A stretch of 64,000 nt of DNA from the human T2T-CHM13v2.0 reference genome, Homo sapiens: NCBI RefSeq assembly GCF_009914755.1, contig NC_060927.1; one strand, 5' to 3'. A program made the position numbers and the translations under genes. The notes below the pieces were generated by a model. That model ran no database searches. It was not told the origin of the DNA and was given only the letters and a program-made list of their open reading frames with translations. Of the stretch, positions 58,538 through 64,000 are shown piece by piece (the first letter of the stretch is position 1; each line of letters opens with the position of its first letter).

Positions 58538-58964
58538 TTATATGGTGGCTTTTTAAACTCAAATGAATGTGTTCTGTTTGTTACAATCTGCCAATAAGGA
58601 GACAAGTTCAATGGAGGAGGCAACTGAGGATGAACATCTCCGAAATGGGAGTTGAATATTGCATAGGCCGGCTGCTTACTGTATCCTCTGTAATAACTCG
58701 CTGAGTAATAAAGGATGCATGGCTGCATAAGGACCACAGGGGACTAACTATTAACGGTTGTGGACATGGCCAGGAAGGACCGAAGGTATGGCATCAGCTG
58801 CACCTAAGATTCTGCACCCAAGACTGGTCTTTGCCTTCTTTATTACCTTGGGACCTCAGAGAGGCCTTGAAGTACAAAGGGGAGAGGGCCCCATAGCAAA
58901 GAGAAACCATTATTCCTGCCCTGATAGCGGTTATTTCTAGAACTTCTCATGAGCATTCAAATAG

Positions 58965-59550
<586 letters not shown>

Positions 59551-60057
59551 CAAATTCGCCCCATAACACTTACTACTTATCAATTTTTCCTCTTTTGTGG
59601 AAAACATATGAGATTTGAAAATTATAACTCTTGTCTATGAAAATTACATGAGAAGCTATGTGTACCTTTCCCAGAAAGATAAATTAGTATATTACAACAA
59701 ATTAAATGATTGTGAAACTCCTGTGAGAAATATTCCACTGTAGCCTTCTCCTTAATAGTGTTAGTAAAGACCTGAGAAGGAGCTACCAGGTCACTGAATT
59801 GGTCCCAGGGTAGATTATGGAGTCAAGAAAGGGTATCATTTCTGCCAGTTGTTTCTGCCCCATGGAGAATAATTTTAAAAGGCAGAATCATGCTTTGAAG
59901 CGGCACCTGGATATGAAAAAAACCTTTATTCCAGTCTCCTTAAAGTGGAGGATTTGGAATTCCTTGGACACCTGTAGAAGAGGAGATGTTTCTCTGACAG
60001 GGGAATAGAATCAATGTGGATAAGTCCTGAGCATTTTTCAGAACTCATTTAGATAGT

Positions 60058-60403
60058 ATATTAGCTGGCTCAGGCTGCCGTAACAAAATACTGCAGACTG
60101 GGTGACTTGAGCAACAAATTTATTCATCACAGTTGTGGAGAACGTAAGATCTTGGACACATTCTCCACAATTGTGGAGTTAATTAATTGTTAGTTAAGTA
60201 GTAAGTGTTATAAGGGTGAATTTGAGCATGGATTTCCTCAAGCAACGACTTGCGATTTGTGTGATCAGGACTCATACAATCCTGAAAATCGAAGGCCTAT
60301 CTGTTGACCAAGGTGGGGTTTGTTTCAGGTAAGACGTCTCTCCTCAGCTTGCAGCGACTGCCTTCTCGCTGTATCTTCACATGGCCTTTCCTCTGTGTGC
60401 ACA
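60058..60403 (-). mobile_element. MLT1A-like LTR fragment disrupted by a templated insertion
   Basis: gctcaggctgccgtaacaaaatac..cagactgggtg; resumes at gaccaaggtg..gcttgcag..gccttctcgctgtatcttcacatggcc. Confidence 0.75.
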
Positions 60404-60549
60404 CAACGCCCAGCTAATTTTTGTATTTTTAGTAGAGACAGGGTTTCACCATGTTGGCCAGGATGGTCTCCATCTCTTGACCTCGTGATCTGCCTGCCTC
60501 GGCCCTCCCCAGGTGCTGGGATTACAGGCGTGAGCCACCACACCCAACC
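60404..60549 (-). mobile_element. Alu left arm (right arm absent)
   Basis: gcccagctaatttttgtattttt...gtgagccaccacacccaacc. Confidence 0.85.
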
Positions 60550-61811
60550 TGTGAGAGCTTTTTACGCATTTCCTCATGGGGCCCCCAGAGTAAGTGAACC
60601 ACCACCGCCCATTAGGAGTAACCACCTTCTAACACATATCCTGGGCCAGCTTTTCCTCTTTCTGTTTCATTCTTCCCTGTCCCCAAATAAACTACAAGTC
60701 TTCAAGCCCAAATTAAGACATATCTCCCCAAAGAAAACTGCTTTTCTCTTCTTTTTCTTTTACTTTCTTCATTAAAGCACTTACTCCTTTGTTTCAGGGT
60801 TAATTATTGATGGAAAAAAGTCTAATTCTATTTCTATACCTATTAGTCACACGTCTTCTGCACTAAACTAATGGGATGAAATTAACTATGATTGAGTAGA
60901 AACAGAAGGAATTCAAAATAACTCCTGGAGTGTGGGAAAGGAGAGATTTTGCTCTGGCTTTTAATATGTCTTATTAAAAGGCCTTCTTTCCAAAGTATCC
61001 CCAGATACTCATCCAGATCCCCATAGCCCAACTGACGTTTGATCATTGTGTCCTTTCTCGTGGAACTCATCTTTCTCTACCACATTAGAAGTTCTTTGAA
61101 TGAAATGACCACCTGCATACTTGTAAGTCTTAAGAGTTCCCTGTTTTACTTAACACAGTACTGGGCATAAAGCAAATGCTCAATAAAAATATGTTTATTA
61201 ACTGGTAAGCTTGCTCCCAAGGGACTGAAATCCTAGCACTGCACCAACTTTCCATAGCAAGTTGCTTTTTGTGATGAAAATACATGGGACTAGATCAGCC
61301 AAGGGGAAAACCTGGCACATTCTGATCAGCAAAGGAGAAGTACACACACAAAAACCTCTTTTTAAAATGTTTGATACTTTATATTTGAAAAAAATAACAG
61401 AAGCAGTCATCACAGGAAAGGTAAATTCTTTGCTGGACTCCCTACAAGTATTTTATAGTTTGGAACCATTTTTACTTGTTTTACATAATAGAGGGAGCAT
61501 GGTGATCTTTCCAACACTGGGGCCTCTAAGAACCTCATCCAGTTGAGAAATCATAATAATGTAATTTCTTTGTCTCCTTTCTTGGATACATTGGTGATGC
61601 TGAGTGTTTGTAGAACAATCATTTAGAATTCCAAGGTGTTGTATACCTGAAGCAGTAGCAGTAATGGGTCAGCGTTACATGACTGAAGATCTGTTCAGCC
61701 TTCCTTTTAGGTGAGGATGACTGTGATAACATAAAGGGGCTTTAGGTTTCAGCTTTTTGAGAACTAAACTTTTGGAATAGATCTCTAATATAGATCCTAA
61801 AATGTGTCCAT

Positions 61812-61993
61812 TTTTATTTATTTATTTATTATTATTATTATTATTTTTAGAGACAGGCAGAGTCTTGGTATGTTGAGGCAGAGTGGTATCTCACTCTGTC
61901 TCTAGGCTGGACTTGAACTCCTGGGCTCAAGGGATCCTCCAACCTCAGTCTCCTGAGGAGCTGTGACTACTGGCACATGCCACAGCCCCTGGC
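61812..61993 (-). mobile_element. FLAM/AluJ-like monomer
   Basis: gaactcctgggctcaagggatcctccaacctcag; (TTA)n tail. Confidence 0.75.
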
Positions 61994-64000
61994 TCAAATT
62001 TTGTACTTAGTAAAAAGTATTTGGCATCACAAAAACAGGGCTTAGATGCTAGCATAGAAATAACATTGGTAGTTGAGATGATTTCCTATCATTTCAAGAG
62101 GCTGTCACCCAAAAGTTGCAAAGTGTCCCTGCCTGGGTCCTTCCAATCAGGGGAGAAACACTACTAATTCACACAGAACGTTGTCAACAAGATGCTCTGC
62201 TTCCCAGGCCTATTTGCATTCTTATAGGGTCAACGGTGCTTGATTCAAATAAATGACTACCTGAGGGTAAAATTTCAGATGATGAACCATTTAGAATTTT
62301 CTACTTTCTCTTAAAGATTATCCACTAAGTTTCCTCCAGCTCTTAACTTTCTGTAATACAATTGCAAATTCAAATGATGAAAGTTTGCATGTTTAAACTT
62401 AGAAATTGTCAGAAGAGAAATTTTGGTTTTATTCAAATTTGCTTTTTAAACATTTACAAAAGAGAAGCAGGGAATTGTCATCACCAGTTCGAAAGCGAAA
62501 TGCCTTCTGATTTTTTATTGTTTTCAAGAACAAAAGACTTTTTTGTTGGAAACATCAGAGTTGATTTTTATGTTTGCATACATTAGAGAGATAATGACAG
62601 GTTTCTTGCAAAAACCACCATTACGTCTCATACCAGCCTCTCTGATGTTTCATAATTTTCTAAACATATTTCAGAGTTATTGGCAAGCACAAAACTTTGC
62701 AATTTAGGTGGATATCAGAACAACTTGACAATTTTCCTCATGTTTTAAAGTGAAAGTCATAGAAACACAACAGAGGAAATCTGCCACTTGTAATGGAGCA
62801 AAATCTTTACTTGAGTCTTTGAGAGATTGTCTCAACCAGATCACTTAGATCCTTTAGTCCCTAAGTTATAAACATGCTTATCCTTTAGCTTAGTTTATTA
62901 GCATAGATGAAAAAGCACTTTCAGAAATTTGCCTTATTAATTCTTCTAAATTAAAGCTGACTCCCTTCTTTAAAAAGCTGCACTTTTCTAACTTCAGGTG
63001 TTTCCTTCTCAGAGAGAAGATGTATATGATTCTATTTCCCCACCTATGAGGCCAGCCTGTGTGCCTCGTCTCCTGAACAATCATTACCCGACTTGGGCCT
63101 GCTCACCAGATTGTTGGATGTTGAAAGGACCTGGTCTGGGGCCAGGACACTTTAGGAATCTCTGCTGTGCTCATGCCAAACTCTTGGCAGGAAACCAGGC
63201 TGGGCGCTCCAGGACCCAGTGCTAGAGGCCAAAAGACCGGTCTCTTCTATGATGCCTGGCTCCTCACCAGGCAAAGTTGCGGGGGCTGGGGGGTGGGGGT
63301 CTCTTCCATTGCTGAGATTCTGCCCCCACTCTCTTGTGTTGGTTGAGAGAGCTGTATCCAGTGACCGCCTACGTGGCTACCATTTCTAAAACATTGTTTA
63401 TTTCATCATTTAAGATTTCTATTTGGGGGCGTTTTATCACATACATAGCACATTTAATCACAGTTCATGTGCATAAATATATAAAGTTTAAAAATATATA
63501 AAGGATATTCATGTATAAAAATATTTTCTGATGAGAGTTCCCAATCAAAAAAGTTTGGATACCACTGTTCTATGAGCAAAAGTTCTGGAAAAGGTTTCTA
63601 TGTCCTTTTCCCAGAAGCAATTAAAAAGCTTATTTCTGAGACACAAGAACCAACTTGAAACAGCTCCAAGTGGCCAAAGACAGCATAATTTGAGCATTAA
63701 TACAATGGATTGAAACATATTAAATAAATTTAAAATTGATACATTCATAATAATATTTTTAAAATAAACACATTGGTCATCTTTAAAGGATGTTAATAAA
63801 CCAATTAATTATTCTGAAAAGAATCAAGCATGAAACCTGACTTTCTAGTGTGAGCTGTACCCTAGGATACCAAATACTTAATGAGGGAAATTTCACTCCC
63901 TCTCCCTCACTCCCTCTCCACACACATACATACTCAAAGAATAATAGAATATCATCATCTGGCAAATCTCAAATTAAATAAGATACAGGCTATGACTTTC

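Overview
Human (or very close primate) genomic DNA, recognisable as the 3q26.2 LRRIQ4/LRRC31 locus. The + strand carries the last four coding exons of LRRIQ4 (LRRs, then an IQ motif and lysine-rich tail; the 5' part lies upstream of the window). The - strand carries the complete 9-coding-exon LRRC31 ORF (1659 nt, 552 aa, reconstructed with GT-AG boundaries), convergent with LRRIQ4. The remainder is intron or intergenic DNA dense in Alu, L1, L2, MIR, LTR (MLT1, MER21, MER52) and DNA-transposon fossils; nearly all entries in the ORF track are repeat-derived or exon read-through. I see no evidence for a new gene or multi-gene system. The most unusual signals are structural: a three-piece inverted templated insertion inside an MLT1A LTR, a perfect 61-bp palindrome in LRRC31 intron 1, and an apparently very old 48-bp inverted repeat in intron 7. 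Regulatory and evolutionary leads include an overlapping uORF, a truncating alternative acceptor, an HNF1/CDX/HNF4 motif cluster and an IQCG-like terminal exon in LRRIQ4. Repeat family names and repeat boundaries were assigned by eye and are approximate.
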